Assembly: GCA_037387885.1 (NCBI GenBank)
Contig: JARRKQ010000003.1
Coordinates: 11,675-75,674 of the forward strand
DNA: 64,000 bases
DNA from: Alphaproteobacteria bacterium
Lineage (GTDB): Bacteria; Pseudomonadota; Alphaproteobacteria; JAPULJ01
Reading direction: 5' to 3'
Shown here: positions 19,370 through 29,689 of the stretch, one piece after another
How the letters are laid out: each line of letters opens with the position of its first letter
How positions within the stretch are numbered: the stretch's first letter is position 1
Position numbers and translations under genes: made by a program
Notes under the pieces: model-generated
What the model was told of the DNA's origin: nothing
What the model saw: the letters and a program-made list of their open reading frames with translations, nothing else
The model's database searches: none

Positions 19370-20169
19370 GCCTCGCCGGCGGCGATCGCCTCGAGCAGCT
19401 TGCGCGCAGCGGCCTTTTCGGCGGCGCGCTTGGAGGTGCCGGTCGCGGTGGCGCTGGCCTGGCCCTTGACGCTCACCTCGACGGAGAACACCGGCTTGTG
19501 GTCGGGTCCCTCATTGGCGACCACCTTGTAGTCGGGCAATGGCAGGGCGCGCGCCTGGGTCCATTCCTGGAGCGCGGTCTTGACGTCCTTGGGCGGCACG
19601 GCCGCGGCCTCCATGAGCGGCACCCAATGCTCGTGGATGAAGCGCTCGGCCGCCTTCATGCCGCCATCGAGGAAGAGCGCGGCGATAATCGCCTCGCAGC
19701 AATCGGCGAGGATGGCCGGGTTGCGCCGCCCGCCCGCCTCCTCCTCGCCGCGAGAGATGATGAGATAGCCGCCGAGATCGATGCCGCGCGCGACCTTGGC
19801 CAAAGCCTCCTTGCGCACGAGCTGGGTGTGGCGCCGGGCGAGCCGGCCCTCGCGCTCCAGCGGAAAGCGGCGGATCAGGAGCTCGGCGATGGCCAGCCCC
19901 AGCACCCGGTCGCCCAGGAATTCCAGGCGCTGGTAGTTGTGAAGCCGCGCGTCCTCGCTGCCGTCGTCGCCGGCCACGCTCGGATGGGTGAGCGCCAGCT
20001 CCAACAGCGCAGGATCCTTGAAGGTGTGGCCGAGGATCTCGGCGAGCGGCTTCGGTGCGGCAGGCTTCGACGCTGTCGGCTTTGACGCTATCGGCTTTGA
20101 CCCTGCCGGCTTTGATCTTGTCGGCTTTGACCTTGTCGGCTTTGACGGGCGGTTCGGCGCAGCGCCCAC
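19366..20169 (-). CDS. rnc: Ribonuclease III with a repeat-containing N-terminal extension
   Basis: Signature ERLEFLGDRVLGLAIAELL and a dsRBD (...KTALQEWTQARALPLPDYKVV...GPDHKPVFSVEV). Start proposed at GTG 20169..20167, overlapping the lepB stop (TAGTG). There is no canonical start between it and the catalytic domain, so the SKPxx repeats are translated. Confidence 0.85.
   Translation of the reverse strand: MGAAPNRPSKPTRSKPTRSKPAGSKPIASKPTASKPAAPKPLAEILGHTFKDPALLELALTHPSVAGDDGSEDARLHNYQRLEFLGDRVLGLAIAELLIRRFPLEREGRLARRHTQLVRKEALAKVARGIDLGGYLIISRGEEEAGGRRNPAILADCCEAIIAALFLDGGMKAAERFIHEHWVPLMEAAAVPPKDVKTALQEWTQARALPLPDYKVVANEGPDHKPVFSVEVSVKGQASATATGTSKRAAEKAAARKLLEAIAAGEA
20049..20153. repeat. 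15-bp tandem repeat x7 (gctttgacNNNgtcg-like) inside the 5' end of rnc
   Basis: Read directly: gcttcggtgcggcag gcttcgacgctgtcg gctttgacgctatcg gctttgaccctgccg gctttgatcttgtcg gctttgaccttgtcg gctttgacgggcggt. Encodes SKPTR SKPTR SKPAG SKPIA SKPTA SKPAA on the minus strand. Confidence 0.9.
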
Positions 20170-21011
20170 TATTTCACCGACATGAAGACGCGGCTCCAGC
20201 GGATATGGGAGGGCCAGGACCAGACCTCCCACCAGCGCTTGTCCTCGCGCAGCGAGAAGAACATAAAGTCGGCGCGGCCGACGAGGTTCTCCGCCGGCAC
20301 GTAGCCGACGAGGCTCAGATAGCGGCTGTCCTGCGAGTTGTCGCGGTTGTCGCCCATCATGAAGTATTTGCCCTTGGGCACGACGTAGACCTCGGTGTTG
20401 TCGACATAGGGCACGTTGTCGCCGCGCTCGAGGACCGTGTGGCTGACCCCGTTGGGCAGGATCTCGCGGTAGCTCTTGTAGCGCTCGCGCACGCCGCCGT
20501 AATCGCGCTTGATGTCGACATAATCGCCGAGCGGCTCGCGCGGGACGATCTTGCCGTTGATGTAGAGCCGCCCGGCTTTCACCTGAATGCGGTCGCCCGG
20601 CAGGCCGATGACGCGCTTGATGTAATCGGTCTTGTTGTCCGTGGGCTTCTTGAAGACCACGACGTCGCCGCGCTTGGGCTCGCGGAACATGATGCGCCCG
20701 GAAAAGAGCGGCAGGCTGAAGGGCAGCGAGTGCTTGGAATAGCCGTACGAGAACTTGCTGACGAAGAGATAGTCGCCGACCAGCAGTGTCGGCAGCATCG
20801 ACCGCGAGGGGATCGAGAACGGCTCGATCAGCAGGGTGCGCACCACCATCGCGACCAGAACGGCATAGATGACGGTCTTGATCGTGTCCCAGCCGCTGCC
20901 GCCCCTGGGCTTGCGTTTGGCTTTGGGCGCGCGGGCGCGCGGCTGGGCGGCCCCGCCGGAGCTGCCGCTCTCATCCTTGCCCGGCAAGGGTCGGTCCGAT
21001 CTCATATTCAT
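20169..21011 (-). CDS. lepB: Signal peptidase I
   Basis: ...IPSRSMLPTLLVGDYLFVSKFSYG...GDVVVFK...YIKRVIGLPGD...GDNRDNSQDSR, the S26 peptidase boxes. Start taken at MNMRSD (ATG 21011). An upstream ATG at 21053 is possible. Confidence 0.9.
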   Translation of the reverse strand: MNMRSDRPLPGKDESGSSGGAAQPRARAPKAKRKPRGGSGWDTIKTVIYAVLVAMVVRTLLIEPFSIPSRSMLPTLLVGDYLFVSKFSYGYSKHSLPFSLPLFSGRIMFREPKRGDVVVFKKPTDNKTDYIKRVIGLPGDRIQVKAGRLYINGKIVPREPLGDYVDIKRDYGGVRERYKSYREILPNGVSHTVLERGDNVPYVDNTEVYVVPKGKYFMMGDNRDNSQDSRYLSLVGYVPAENLVGRADFMFFSLREDKRWWEVWSWPSHIRWSRVFMSVK

Positions 21012-21206
21012 CTGCGCAGCCCCGTTGAAGCTCTCATGCCGACCCTGGTGCAATTGACGATGCGAGGACCCCTAAGACCCCATGGACCCCATAGAGCGCG
21101 GTCGTTCCCATCGCCGGTTACATATTGCGCGCCGGATGCGCCGCCGCAAGGCGGATCATGCCATGCGAGCGGGCCTCGGGGCACGGGAAAATCCAGCCAG
21201 GGGACA

Positions 21207-21620
21207 TCAAGCAAGGGGGCCGCCGTCGGCAACCGCGGAAATGATGACGATGACCTGCGCCGTCGGCGGCTCGTCGGTGATCGACACGTCGATCTGCGGC
21301 TTCATGCCCGCGGGGATGAGCTCTTCCAGTCGCTTGGCGGCACCGCCGGTGAGCGCCATCGTAGGCTTGCCGCCGGGCAGGTTCACCACGCCCATGTCGC
21401 GCCAGAAGACACCGCGCCGGAAGCCGGTGCCGAGCGCTTTGGAGCAGGCCTCCTTGGCGGCGTAGCGCTTGGCGTAGCTGGCGGCGCGCAGATAGCGGCG
21501 GTCGGAGCGCTCGCGCTCGATCTCGGTGAAGCAGCGCTCGGTGAAGCGCTCGCCGAAGCGCTCCAGGGTGCGCTCGATGCGGCGGATGTCGATGAGGTCG
21601 CTGCCGATGCCGATGATCAT
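21207..21620 (-). CDS. acpS: Holo-[acyl-carrier-protein] synthase
   Basis: [16 protein letters not shown]...[10 protein letters not shown]...[18 protein letters not shown], the 4'-phosphopantetheinyl transferase AcpS pattern. Confidence 0.9.
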   Translation of the reverse strand: MIIGIGSDLIDIRRIERTLERFGERFTERCFTEIERERSDRRYLRAASYAKRYAAKEACSKALGTGFRRGVFWRDMGVVNLPGGKPTMALTGGAAKRLEELIPAGMKPQIDVSITDEPPTAQVIVIISAVADGGPLA

Positions 21621-21645
21621 GGGGTGCGGAGCCGGGCCGGGGCGC

Positions 21646-22428
21646 TCACGCGCTCTTCTGGCCGTCGGCCTCGGCGCGGGCTTTGTCCATCAGGGCGCGC
21701 ATACGCTTGATCGAGGACTCCAGGCCACCGAAGATCGCCTCGCCGACCAGGAAATGGCCGATATTGAGCTCGACGATGGTCGGGATCGCGGCGACCGGAC
21801 CGACGGTGTCGAAGCTGAGCCCGTGGCCGGCATGGCATTCGAGGCCGAGCTCTTCGGCGTAAGCGGCGGCGTCGACGATGCGGGCGAGCTGCTTTGCGGC
21901 GTCGGCCCCGCCGGGCTCGGCCAGATACGCCTCGCAATAGGCGCCGGTATGGAGCTCGACGACGGGCGCGCCCAGCTTCACCGCGCCGTCGAGGGCGGCG
22001 CGGTCGGGCTCGATGAAGAGCGAGACGCGGATGCCGGCGTTGCGGAGCGCCGCCACGAAAGGCGCCAGATGGTTATGGGCGCGCACGACCTCGAGCCCGC
22101 CCTCGGTGGTCCGCTCCTCGCGCTTTTCGGGCACGATGCAGGCGGCATGCGGGGCGTGGCGGAGCGCGATCTCCAACATCTCGTCGGTCGCCGCCATCTC
22201 CAGGTTGAGCGGCAGGTCGATCTCGCGGCTGAGACGCAAGATATCGTCGTCGGAGATGTGGCGCCGGTCCTCGCGCAGATGCGCGGTGATGCCGTCGGCG
22301 CCGGCCAACGCGGCCAGGCGCGCGGCGCGCACGGGATCGGGATGGGGGCCACCGCGGGCGTTCCGGATGGTCGCCACATGGTCGATGTTCACGCCGAGGC
22401 GCAAGGTGCGATTGTTCATGGTCTTCAA
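21646..22428 (-). CDS. pdxJ: Pyridoxine 5'-phosphate synthase
   Basis: [23 protein letters not shown]......[18 protein letters not shown]...L......LNLEMA...M..IA......ACIVPE.R.E.TTEGGL, a PdxJ signature. Confidence 0.9.
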   Translation of the reverse strand: MKTMNNRTLRLGVNIDHVATIRNARGGPHPDPVRAARLAALAGADGITAHLREDRRHISDDDILRLSREIDLPLNLEMAATDEMLEIALRHAPHAACIVPEKREERTTEGGLEVVRAHNHLAPFVAALRNAGIRVSLFIEPDRAALDGAVKLGAPVVELHTGAYCEAYLAEPGGADAAKQLARIVDAAAYAEELGLECHAGHGLSFDTVGPVAAIPTIVELNIGHFLVGEAIFGGLESSIKRMRALMDKARAEADGQKSA

Positions 22429-22534
22429 GCACTTAGTCCGCCGAAAAAGCAGTCGGATCAGCTTAGACCGCCTGCCATATCCACAATCTAATGCCCCGGG
22501 TGGATGCCTGCAATGTAGGCAGATTGGACCGGGG

Positions 22535-24697
22535 TCAGCCCCTTGCCCGCGCCACTGAGTTGATGACCGGGGTGGCGCGCAGGGCGGCGATGATATCGGT
22601 CAGGTGCTTCACGTCGCGCACCTCGATATCGATGACCATCTCGAAGAAATCCTGATCCCGGCTGGTGATCTTGAGGTTCGAGATATTGCCGTCGTTCTTG
22701 CCGATGATCGAGGAGAGGTCGCCTAGCGCGCCCGGCTCGTTGCCGACGATCACCGAGATCCGGGCGACGAGGCCGCTCGCGCCCTTGTCCCAGCCGACAT
22801 CGAGCCAGCGCTCGGGCTGGCTTGAGAAGCTCTCCAGCGTCTCGCAGTCGATGGTGTGGATGGTCACGCCCTTGCCCGTCGTGATGATGCCGACGATGCG
22901 GTCGCCCGGCAGCGGGTGGCAGCAGCCGGCGTAGTGGACCGCCATGCCGGGGATGAGGCCGGTGATGGGCACCGCCCCGCTCTCGCCCTTGGACTTGATG
23001 CGTTTGGGCAGCGGCACGACCTTGCCGCCCTGCCCGGTCGCGTTCTTCTCGCCGGGGAAGATATGGTCGATCACCTCGGTGGTGCTGACGGTGCCGTCGC
23101 CGACCATGGCGTAGAGGTCTTCGGTGTCCTCGGCATGGAAGTGCTGGCGCACCCCCTTCACGGCCTTGACGGCGAATTCGTGGCCGGCATGGCGGAACGC
23201 CTTCTCCAGCATGGCGCGGCCGAGCCCGGCATATTGCGCACGCTGCTGACCGCGCACGAAACGGCGGATGCGGGCGCGCGCCTTGCCGGTAACGACGAAG
23301 CGCTCCCATTCGGGCGAGGGCGTCTGGGCGCGCGAGGTGATGATCTCGACCTGGTCGCCGTTCTGGAGCTCCGCGCGCAGCGGCACCATGCGGCCGTTCA
23401 CCTTGGCGCCCACGGTAGTGTCGCCGACCTCCGAATGGACCGCGTAGGCGAAATCGACCGGCGTGGCGCCGTGCGGCAAAGCGATCAGCTCGCCCGCCGG
23501 CGTGAAGGCGAAGACCTGGTCCTTGAACATCTCGAGTTTGGTGTGCTCGAGGAATTCCTCCGGGCCCCCGGCATGCTCCAGGATATCGAGTAGCTCCTGC
23601 AGCCAGCGGTACTTCCTGCCGTCGGTGGGGCGTTCGCCCTGCTTGTAGGCCCAGTGCGCGGCGACGCCGGCCTCGGCGATCTCGTGCATCTCGGTGGTGC
23701 GGATCTGGACCTCGATGCGCTGGTTCTCCGGCCCGTAAACGGCGGTGTGCAGCGAGCGGTAGCCGTTCATCTTGGGCAGGCTGATGTAGTCCTTGAAGCG
23801 GCCGGGCACGACCGAATAGGCGCTGTGGATGACGCCGAGCGCGTGATAGCACTCGGCCTCGGTCGGCACGACGATGCGGAAGGCCATGATGTCGGAGAGC
23901 TGCTCGAAGCCGACGTTCTTGACCTGCATCTTGCGCCACACCGAATAGGGCGTCTTCTCGCGGCCCGAGACCTCGGCCTTGATCCCCTCGGCGGCCAGCT
24001 TGTCGGTCAGCTCTTTCAGGATGCGGGGGATGACCTCGCCGCCGCGCTCGCGCAGGAATTCCAAGCGGGCCAGGATCGAATCGCGGGCATCCGGGTTGAG
24101 CTGGGCGAAGGCCAGGTCCTCGAGCTCGGTCTGGAGATCGTGCATGCCAATGCGCGCGGCGAGCGGCGCGTAGATCTCCATCGTCTCGTGGGCGATGCGG
24201 TCGCGCTTCTCGGGCTTGGGGATGCCGGAAAGCGTGCGCATGTTGTGCAGGCGGTCGGCGAGCTTGACCAGCAGGACGCGGATGTCCTCCGACATTGCGA
24301 GGACGAGCTTGCGGAAGTTCTCCGCCTGCTTGGTGGCGTCGGACTGGAGCTCGATGCGCGAGAGCTTGGTGACGCCGTCGACGAGGCGCGCGACGTCCTT
24401 GCCGAACATCCCTTCGATGTCCTCCAGCGTGGCCAGCGTGTCTTCCACGGTATCGTGGAGCAGCGCCGTCGCGATGGTGTCGCTGTCGAGCTTGTATTTG
24501 GTGAGGATGCCCGCGACCTCGACCGGGTGCGAGAAATAGGGATCGCCCGAGGCGCGTTGCTGGCTGCCGTGGGCCTTCACCGTGTAGACGTAGGCGCGGT
24601 TCAGCAGATCCTCATCCGCATGCGGATCGTAGCTCTTGACCGCCTCGATGAGCTCGAATTGCCGGTTTGAAAAGCAGGTTGGCGCGGGCGCCGTCAG
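22535..24697 (-). CDS. spoT: Bifunctional (p)ppGpp synthetase/hydrolase (Rsh/SpoT); start codon unresolved
   Basis: HD domain ([17 protein letters not shown]...[10 protein letters not shown]), synthetase domain (...YRSLHTAV...), and TGS and ACT regions. The track ORF starts at GTG 24580, but the frame is open upstream and encodes the conserved [28 protein letters not shown]. The 5' limit given here is the in-frame CTG at 24697..24695 (see findings). Confidence 0.9.
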   Translation of the reverse strand: MTAPAPTCFSNRQFELIEAVKSYDPHADEDLLNRAYVYTVKAHGSQQRASGDPYFSHPVEVAGILTKYKLDSDTIATALLHDTVEDTLATLEDIEGMFGKDVARLVDGVTKLSRIELQSDATKQAENFRKLVLAMSEDIRVLLVKLADRLHNMRTLSGIPKPEKRDRIAHETMEIYAPLAARIGMHDLQTELEDLAFAQLNPDARDSILARLEFLRERGGEVIPRILKELTDKLAAEGIKAEVSGREKTPYSVWRKMQVKNVGFEQLSDIMAFRIVVPTEAECYHALGVIHSAYSVVPGRFKDYISLPKMNGYRSLHTAVYGPENQRIEVQIRTTEMHEIAEAGVAAHWAYKQGERPTDGRKYRWLQELLDILEHAGGPEEFLEHTKLEMFKDQVFAFTPAGELIALPHGATPVDFAYAVHSEVGDTTVGAKVNGRMVPLRAELQNGDQVEIITSRAQTPSPEWERFVVTGKARARIRRFVRGQQRAQYAGLGRAMLEKAFRHAGHEFAVKAVKGVRQHFHAEDTEDLYAMVGDGTVSTTEVIDHIFPGEKNATGQGGKVVPLPKRIKSKGESGAVPITGLIPGMAVHYAGCCHPLPGDRIVGIITTGKGVTIHTIDCETLESFSSQPERWLDVGWDKGASGLVARISVIVGNEPGALGDLSSIIGKNDGNISNLKITSRDQDFFEMVIDIEVRDVKHLTDIIAALRATPVINSVARARG

Positions 24698-25191
24698 CTC
24701 GTTTCGTCCGAATCGGACGCGTCGGCCGTATCTGGGGCGGCATCTGCGACAGCATCCGCGCCCGCGGCTTCTGCACCGGCATCGTCTGACGTGTCTTCGG
24801 CATCCTTGAAGGCCGGCGCGCTCGGCGCCGCCTCAGCGCCATCCGCAGACGGCCGCACGGTGACCGTCGAATCGCCGCCGATCGACATGCCGGTTTCCGC
24901 CGCCATCGCCGACTGAATGGCTAAGGTCTCGTTCTCGTCGAGGTCGGGCTCGTGATCCTCTTCGGGCAGGTGCTTCTGGAGGCCGCTGACCAGCGACTCG
25001 CGGATCACGTCGAATTCGACCTTCTCGTCGGCGATCTCACGAAGTGCTATGACCGGGTTCTTGTCGTTGTCGCGGCTCACCGCTTCCTGGGCGCCGCTCG
25101 AAATCTCGCGGGCGCGCTGGGAGGCCAGCATCACCAGCTCGAAGCGGTTGGGGATCTTGAGAACGCAGTCTTCAACGGTTACGCGCGCCAT
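24694..25191 (-). CDS. rpoZ: DNA-directed RNA polymerase subunit omega with a long acidic C-terminal tail
   Basis: [30 protein letters not shown] is the canonical RpoZ N-terminus. The C-terminal ~70 aa are D/E/A/S-rich low complexity. Confidence 0.9.
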   Translation of the reverse strand: MARVTVEDCVLKIPNRFELVMLASQRAREISSGAQEAVSRDNDKNPVIALREIADEKVEFDVIRESLVSGLQKHLPEEDHEPDLDENETLAIQSAMAAETGMSIGGDSTVTVRPSADGAEAAPSAPAFKDAEDTSDDAGAEAAGADAVADAAPDTADASDSDETS

Positions 25192-25311
25192 GGGCGGGCC
25201 ACTCCAGCTAGCTCGTGTGCAAACGGGTTTAGCGGAATATACGGACGGGTTTGTTGCAGTGCAAGATGGCGGGGTTAGAAAAGGCCCGATTTTCGGTGGT
25301 TTTTTGGAGGG

Positions 25312-25818
25312 TTAGTCGATCGGCTGGACGATGCCCTCCCCGCTCAGCGCCTCGACCAGCGCGCTCAAGGGCTCGCCGCTCTCCGAATCCCGCCAATCGG
25401 GAGCGATCTCGCGCAAGGGCAGCAGCACGAAGGCGCGCTCGGCCATGCGCGGATGGGGCAGAATCGGCGGCTCTGGGCCCTCGCGCACCAGCTCATCGTA
25501 AGCGAGCAAGTCGAGGTCGAGCGGGCGGGCGGCGTTGGGCTTGGCGGCGCGTTCCTGCGGCGGCGCCCGCCCGAATTCCGCCTCGACGCGGTGCAGCGCG
25601 GCTAGAAGCGCTTCCGGGTCGAGCTCGGTTTCGATGGCGATCACGCCATTCACGAACCAGGGCTGGTCGGACAAAGGCACCGGCGAGCTCCGGTACCAAC
25701 GCGAACGCGCGGTGATCCTGACCGGCTCACGCTCCAATGCGTCCAGCGCCGCGGCGCAGGTTTCGCGCGGCGGGCCGTAGTCGCTGGGCAGATTGGAGCC
25801 TATTCCGATCAGAATCAT
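25312..25818 (-). CDS. folK: 2-amino-4-hydroxy-6-hydroxymethyldihydropteridine diphosphokinase
   Basis: MILIGIGSNLPS...ITARSRWYRSSPVP...QPWFVNGVIAIET...RPLDLDLL, the HPPK pattern. Start taken at ATG 25818 rather than 25857. Confidence 0.85.
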   Translation of the reverse strand: MILIGIGSNLPSDYGPPRETCAAALDALEREPVRITARSRWYRSSPVPLSDQPWFVNGVIAIETELDPEALLAALHRVEAEFGRAPPQERAAKPNAARPLDLDLLAYDELVREGPEPPILPHPRMAERAFVLLPLREIAPDWRDSESGEPLSALVEALSGEGIVQPID

Positions 25819-26014
25819 TCGCTTGGGCTTCACTTGGTCGTTATTGACCCTTGCCACAGTAGGTATGGGTAATTAGTTAACCATCATTACGACCGGATGC
25901 ACGCTGTGGATAGAAATACCGCCACATGTCCCAGTGTGTTTTTGGGTGTGATTTGGCCGATTCTGGCGCTCTCACGCTCATCCGGCCCACCACTGATTGA
26001 TTGGAGCCATATGA

Positions 26015-26722
26015 ATGTCGGTTGAACTCAATATCCAGAACGGCGAACGTGTTGGACTTTTCATTGATGGATCAAACCTTTATGCAGCCGCCCGGTCCCT
26101 GGGCTTCGATATCGACTACAAGCGTTTGCTCGACCTTTTCCAGAAGGAAGGCCGGCTGATCCGCGCCTTCTACTACACCGCCCTGGTCGAGAACGAGGAA
26201 TACTCTCCCATCCGCCCGCTGGTCGATTGGCTCGACTACAACGGCTACACCATGGTCACCAAGCCGACCAAGGAATTCACCGACGCCGCCGGCCGGCGCA
26301 AGATCAAGGGCAACATGGATATCGAGCTCGCCATCGACGTGATGGAGATGGCCGAGCGGCTCGACCACATCGTGCTATTCTCCGGCGACGGCGATTTCCG
26401 CCGGCTGGTCGAGGCGGTGCAGCGCAAGGGCGTGCGCGTGACCGTGGTCTCCACCATCCGCTCGCAGCCGCCGATGGTCGCCGACGAGCTGCGCCGCCAG
26501 GCCGATACCTTCGTCGAGCTGCAGGATCTGGAATCGGAGATCTGCCGGCATTACCGCGAGGGCCGCGAGGGTGGTGGCAGCGAGCGCGCGCGGCCACGCG
26601 ACGTGCAGGAGCGGGCGCCGGCGGACGTTGCCGAGGCGTCGCCGACCCGTGGCCTTTCGCCGGCCAATCCCGACGGTCTGCTCGATGAGGACGAGGACGA
26701 TCCGATCGCCGAATCGGCGTGA
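26015..26722 (+). CDS. NYN-domain (LabA-like) protein
   Basis: VGLFIDGSNLYAAARSLGFDIDYKRLL...GNMDIELAIDVMEMA..LDHIVLFSGDGDFRRLVEAVQRKGVRVTVVS, the NYN/LabA motif series, with an acidic disordered tail. Confidence 0.75.
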   Translation: MSVELNIQNGERVGLFIDGSNLYAAARSLGFDIDYKRLLDLFQKEGRLIRAFYYTALVENEEYSPIRPLVDWLDYNGYTMVTKPTKEFTDAAGRRKIKGNMDIELAIDVMEMAERLDHIVLFSGDGDFRRLVEAVQRKGVRVTVVSTIRSQPPMVADELRRQADTFVELQDLESEICRHYREGREGGGSERARPRDVQERAPADVAEASPTRGLSPANPDGLLDEDEDDPIAESA

Positions 26723-27375
26723 GCGCCGAGGCGAGCGCCGTCGCCTTCGAGCCGCCGCCCGATAACTGCCCCCTCTGCCCGCGGCTCGCCGGATTCCGCG
26801 CCGAAAATCGCGAGACGTTTCCGGACTTCCATAACGCGCCCGTCGTCTCCTTCGGGCCGGATGACGCGCGGCTTCTCGTGGTCGGTCTTGCGCCGGGCCT
26901 CAAAGGGGCCAACGCGACGGGCCGGCCCTTCACCGGCGACTATGCGGGCGATCTGCTTTACGCAACGCTGGCCAAGTTCGGCTTCACGCGAGGGCAGTAT
27001 GGCGGGCGCGCCGATGACGGGCTCGCGCTGATCGATGCGCGGATCACCAATGCCGTGCGCTGCGTGCCGCCGGAGAACAAGCCGGTCGGCGCCGAGATCG
27101 CCAATTGCCGGCCCTATCTCGTCCGCGAGATCGAGAGCCTGGCGACGCTCAGCATCATTCTGGCGCTCGGCACCATCGCCCATAACAGCGTGCTGACCGC
27201 GCTCGGCCTGCGGCGCGCGGCCTACCCTTTCGGCCACGGCGCGCTCTATGAATTACCTGACGGCCCGGCGCTGATCGCGAGCTATCACTGCTCGCGCTAC
27301 AACACGAACACCGGTCGGCTGACGCCGGAGATGTTCGAGGCGGTCTTCGCGACGATCCGCGGCCGGCTCACATAA
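26719..27375 (+). CDS. Uracil-DNA glycosylase superfamily protein (family 4/5 type)
   Basis: C.LCPRL cluster Cys, then VVGLAPGLKGANATGRPFTGDYAGDLLY and ...HCSRYNTNTG; overlaps the NYN gene stop by 4 nt. Confidence 0.75.
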   Translation: MSAEASAVAFEPPPDNCPLCPRLAGFRAENRETFPDFHNAPVVSFGPDDARLLVVGLAPGLKGANATGRPFTGDYAGDLLYATLAKFGFTRGQYGGRADDGLALIDARITNAVRCVPPENKPVGAEIANCRPYLVREIESLATLSIILALGTIAHNSVLTALGLRRAAYPFGHGALYELPDGPALIASYHCSRYNTNTGRLTPEMFEAVFATIRGRLT

Positions 27376-27392
27376 ATTTTGTCTAGTCCTGA

Positions 27393-28985
27393 CTACTGCG
27401 CCACCGAGCCGTAGACGATCTTGGGCAGCCACAAGGTCAGGTTCGGGAAGGCCGCGAGCACGCCTAGCACCAGCACCTGCAGGAAGACGAAGGGGATGAT
27501 GCCGCGGTAGATGTCGCCGGTCGTGACCTCGGGCGGCGCCACGCCGCGCAGGTAAAAGAGCGCGAAACCGAAAGGCGGCGTCAGGAAGGAGGTCTGCAGG
27601 TTCACCGCGATCATGATGCCGAGCCAGACCGGATTGAGCCCCATCAGCAGCAGGATCGGGGCGACGATGGGGACGACGACGAACTGGATCTCGATGAAGT
27701 CGAGGAAGAACCCCATCACGAAGATCAGCAGCATGACCATGATCATGGCCCCCGCCGGCCCGCCGGGCAGGTTGGTCAGGAAGTTGTGGACCATGTCGTC
27801 GCCGCCGAGGCCGCGGAAGACCAGCGAAAAGAGCGCCGCGCCGATGACGATGCCGAAGACCATGGCGCTGATCTTGGTGGTCGACTGCATGACCTGGCTC
27901 AGCGTGCCGGCGCGCTTCACCCGCCACAGGCTCTCCGCCACGCCCCAGGCGATGGCAAGGCAGCAGATGGCGGCGGCGACGATGCCGACCTGCTGCCAGA
28001 AGGTCGTGACGTTGCGGCCGAGGCGAAGGTCCATGAAGCCGGTGAGGAGGAGCGCGCCCGCGAGCCCGCCGAAGGCGGCGAAGATCGGTAGTGTGCGGTC
28101 GGGCCTGAGGCGGAGGCCGCCCAGCAGCGTGGCGCCGATGGCACCCACCGCCGCAGCCTCCGTCGGCGTCGCGATGCCGGCCAGGATCGAGCCCAGCACG
28201 CTGATGATCAGCACGATGGGGGCGAGCAGCGCCTTGGTCACCTGATAGGCAATCTCCCGCGGCGTCATGTCCATCATGGCCTCGTCGCGCGGGATCGGCG
28301 GCGCCGAGGACGGCCGCACGATGCCGATGAAGATCGTGTATCCGATGTAAAGGGAGACCATGATGAGGCCGGGTATGAGGGCGCCGGCGAAGAGATCGCC
28401 CACCGAGACCGGATCGGGCGAGAAGTTGCCGAGCTTGAGCTGGGCCTGCTGATAGGCGTTGGAGATCTGGTCGCCCAGGATGACGAGCACGATCGAGGGC
28501 GGGATGATCTGGCCGAGCGTGCCCGAGGCGCAGATGGTGCCGCAGGCGAGCTTTGGGTCGTAGCCGCGGCTCAGCATGGTCGGCAGCGAGAGCAGACCCA
28601 TGGTCACCACCGTCGCCCCGACAATGCCGGTCGAGGCGGCGAGCAGCGCGCCGACCACGCAGACCGAAATGCCGAGCCCGCCGCGCAGCGAGCCGAAGAG
28701 CGCGCCCATCGAGGTCAGCAGCTCCTCGGCCACTTTGGAGCGTTCGAGCATCACCCCCATGAAGACGAAGAGCGGCACCGCGATCAGCACCTCGTTGGTC
28801 ATGGTGCCGTAGATGCGGCTCGGCACGAAACCCAGGAAGTCGAAGTCGAAGACACCCAGCAGGTAGCAGAAGCCGGAGAAAAGGAGCGCCGTACCGCCGA
28901 GGGTGAAGGAAACCGGAAAGCCCGCCATCAGGCAGGCGCAGACGCAGACGAACAGCATCAGCGAGAGGAAGTGCGCGAACTCCAT
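27393..28985 (-). CDS. TRAP transporter large permease (DctM family)
   Basis: Starts at ATG 28985..28983 (MEFAHFLSLMLFVCVCACLMAGFPVSFTLGGTALLF...). 530 aa, polytopic. ATGA overlap with the dctQ-like stop. Confidence 0.85.
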   Translation of the reverse strand: MEFAHFLSLMLFVCVCACLMAGFPVSFTLGGTALLFSGFCYLLGVFDFDFLGFVPSRIYGTMTNEVLIAVPLFVFMGVMLERSKVAEELLTSMGALFGSLRGGLGISVCVVGALLAASTGIVGATVVTMGLLSLPTMLSRGYDPKLACGTICASGTLGQIIPPSIVLVILGDQISNAYQQAQLKLGNFSPDPVSVGDLFAGALIPGLIMVSLYIGYTIFIGIVRPSSAPPIPRDEAMMDMTPREIAYQVTKALLAPIVLIISVLGSILAGIATPTEAAAVGAIGATLLGGLRLRPDRTLPIFAAFGGLAGALLLTGFMDLRLGRNVTTFWQQVGIVAAAICCLAIAWGVAESLWRVKRAGTLSQVMQSTTKISAMVFGIVIGAALFSLVFRGLGGDDMVHNFLTNLPGGPAGAMIMVMLLIFVMGFFLDFIEIQFVVVPIVAPILLLMGLNPVWLGIMIAVNLQTSFLTPPFGFALFYLRGVAPPEVTTGDIYRGIIPFVFLQVLVLGVLAAFPNLTLWLPKIVYGSVAQ

Positions 28986-29563
28986 CAGACGTGCTCCACG
29001 CCGCTCGCTGCCTCGGCCGCCTCGGCTGCGGCAACCTCGGCCGGACGCGGCGGCGGCGCCACGCCGGAGATCGTCATCTGCGAGCGCAGCGCGAGCGAGA
29101 TGCCCTGCAGCGCCACCAGCGCCGCGTAGATCAGAATGACGGTCTTGAGCAGGAAGACGGCCGGAAGGCCGCTCCCTTCCTGCGAGGTCTCCAGAACCTT
29201 CCAGGACTTCATGACGTAGGGCCAGGAGATCGAGAAGATCGCCACGGCCATCGGCAGCAGAAAACACACCGCGCCCACCAGATCGACGAAGGCCTGACGG
29301 CGCTCGCTGGCCGGCCGGTAGAAGATGTCGACGCGGACATGGCCGTCATGCAGCAACGTGTAGCCGGCGGCGGCCAGAAATATGGCGGCGTGCATGTAAA
29401 CGATCGATTCCTGAAGCGCCAGCCAGCTCACGCCGAACACATAGCGCATGACCACCACGATCATCTGGACCAGCACCATGATCAGCGCCAGCCACGAAAC
29501 CGCGCGGCCGATCCGCTCGTTAACCATGTCGATCGTGCGAACGACAGCGCGCGCTCGGTTCAT
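28985..29563 (-). CDS. TRAP transporter small permease (DctQ family)
   Basis: 192 aa, 4 TM (…RIGRAVSWLALIMVLVQMIVVVMRYVFG…HVRVDIFY…), immediately upstream of the large permease. Confidence 0.8.
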   Translation of the reverse strand: MNRARAVVRTIDMVNERIGRAVSWLALIMVLVQMIVVVMRYVFGVSWLALQESIVYMHAAIFLAAAGYTLLHDGHVRVDIFYRPASERRQAFVDLVGAVCFLLPMAVAIFSISWPYVMKSWKVLETSQEGSGLPAVFLLKTVILIYAALVALQGISLALRSQMTISGVAPPPRPAEVAAAEAAEAASGVEHV

Positions 29564-29689
29564 CTCCCCCCCGATATATGCGAAACGGCCCAGCTTTGTG
29601 CCCGAGGCTGAGCGCGGGGGACCGCAACCGGTCCCCCGCGCGCCCCGGACATTACGTTATCCGCGGAAAATCAGCTCCGAATACGCCGA

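Noticed and set aside
20049-20153. Whether any tandem repeat (15-bp x7 here, 9-bp at 50421, 12-bp at 61545) is a CRISPR array
   Set aside because: The units abut directly with no unique spacers, are far shorter than CRISPR repeats, and no cas genes are present.
25280-25311. Possible intrinsic terminator after folK (CCGAAAAUCGG followed by GCCUUUUCU on the minus strand, T-run on the plus strand)
   Set aside because: The stem is only 4 bp with a 3-nt loop, which is below what I would accept without a folding calculation.
25858-26014. CtrA-box-like sequence TTAACCATCATTAC in the folK / NYN-gene divergent spacer
   Set aside because: The second half-site does not match TTAAC at the required N7 spacing, so it is too weak to call.
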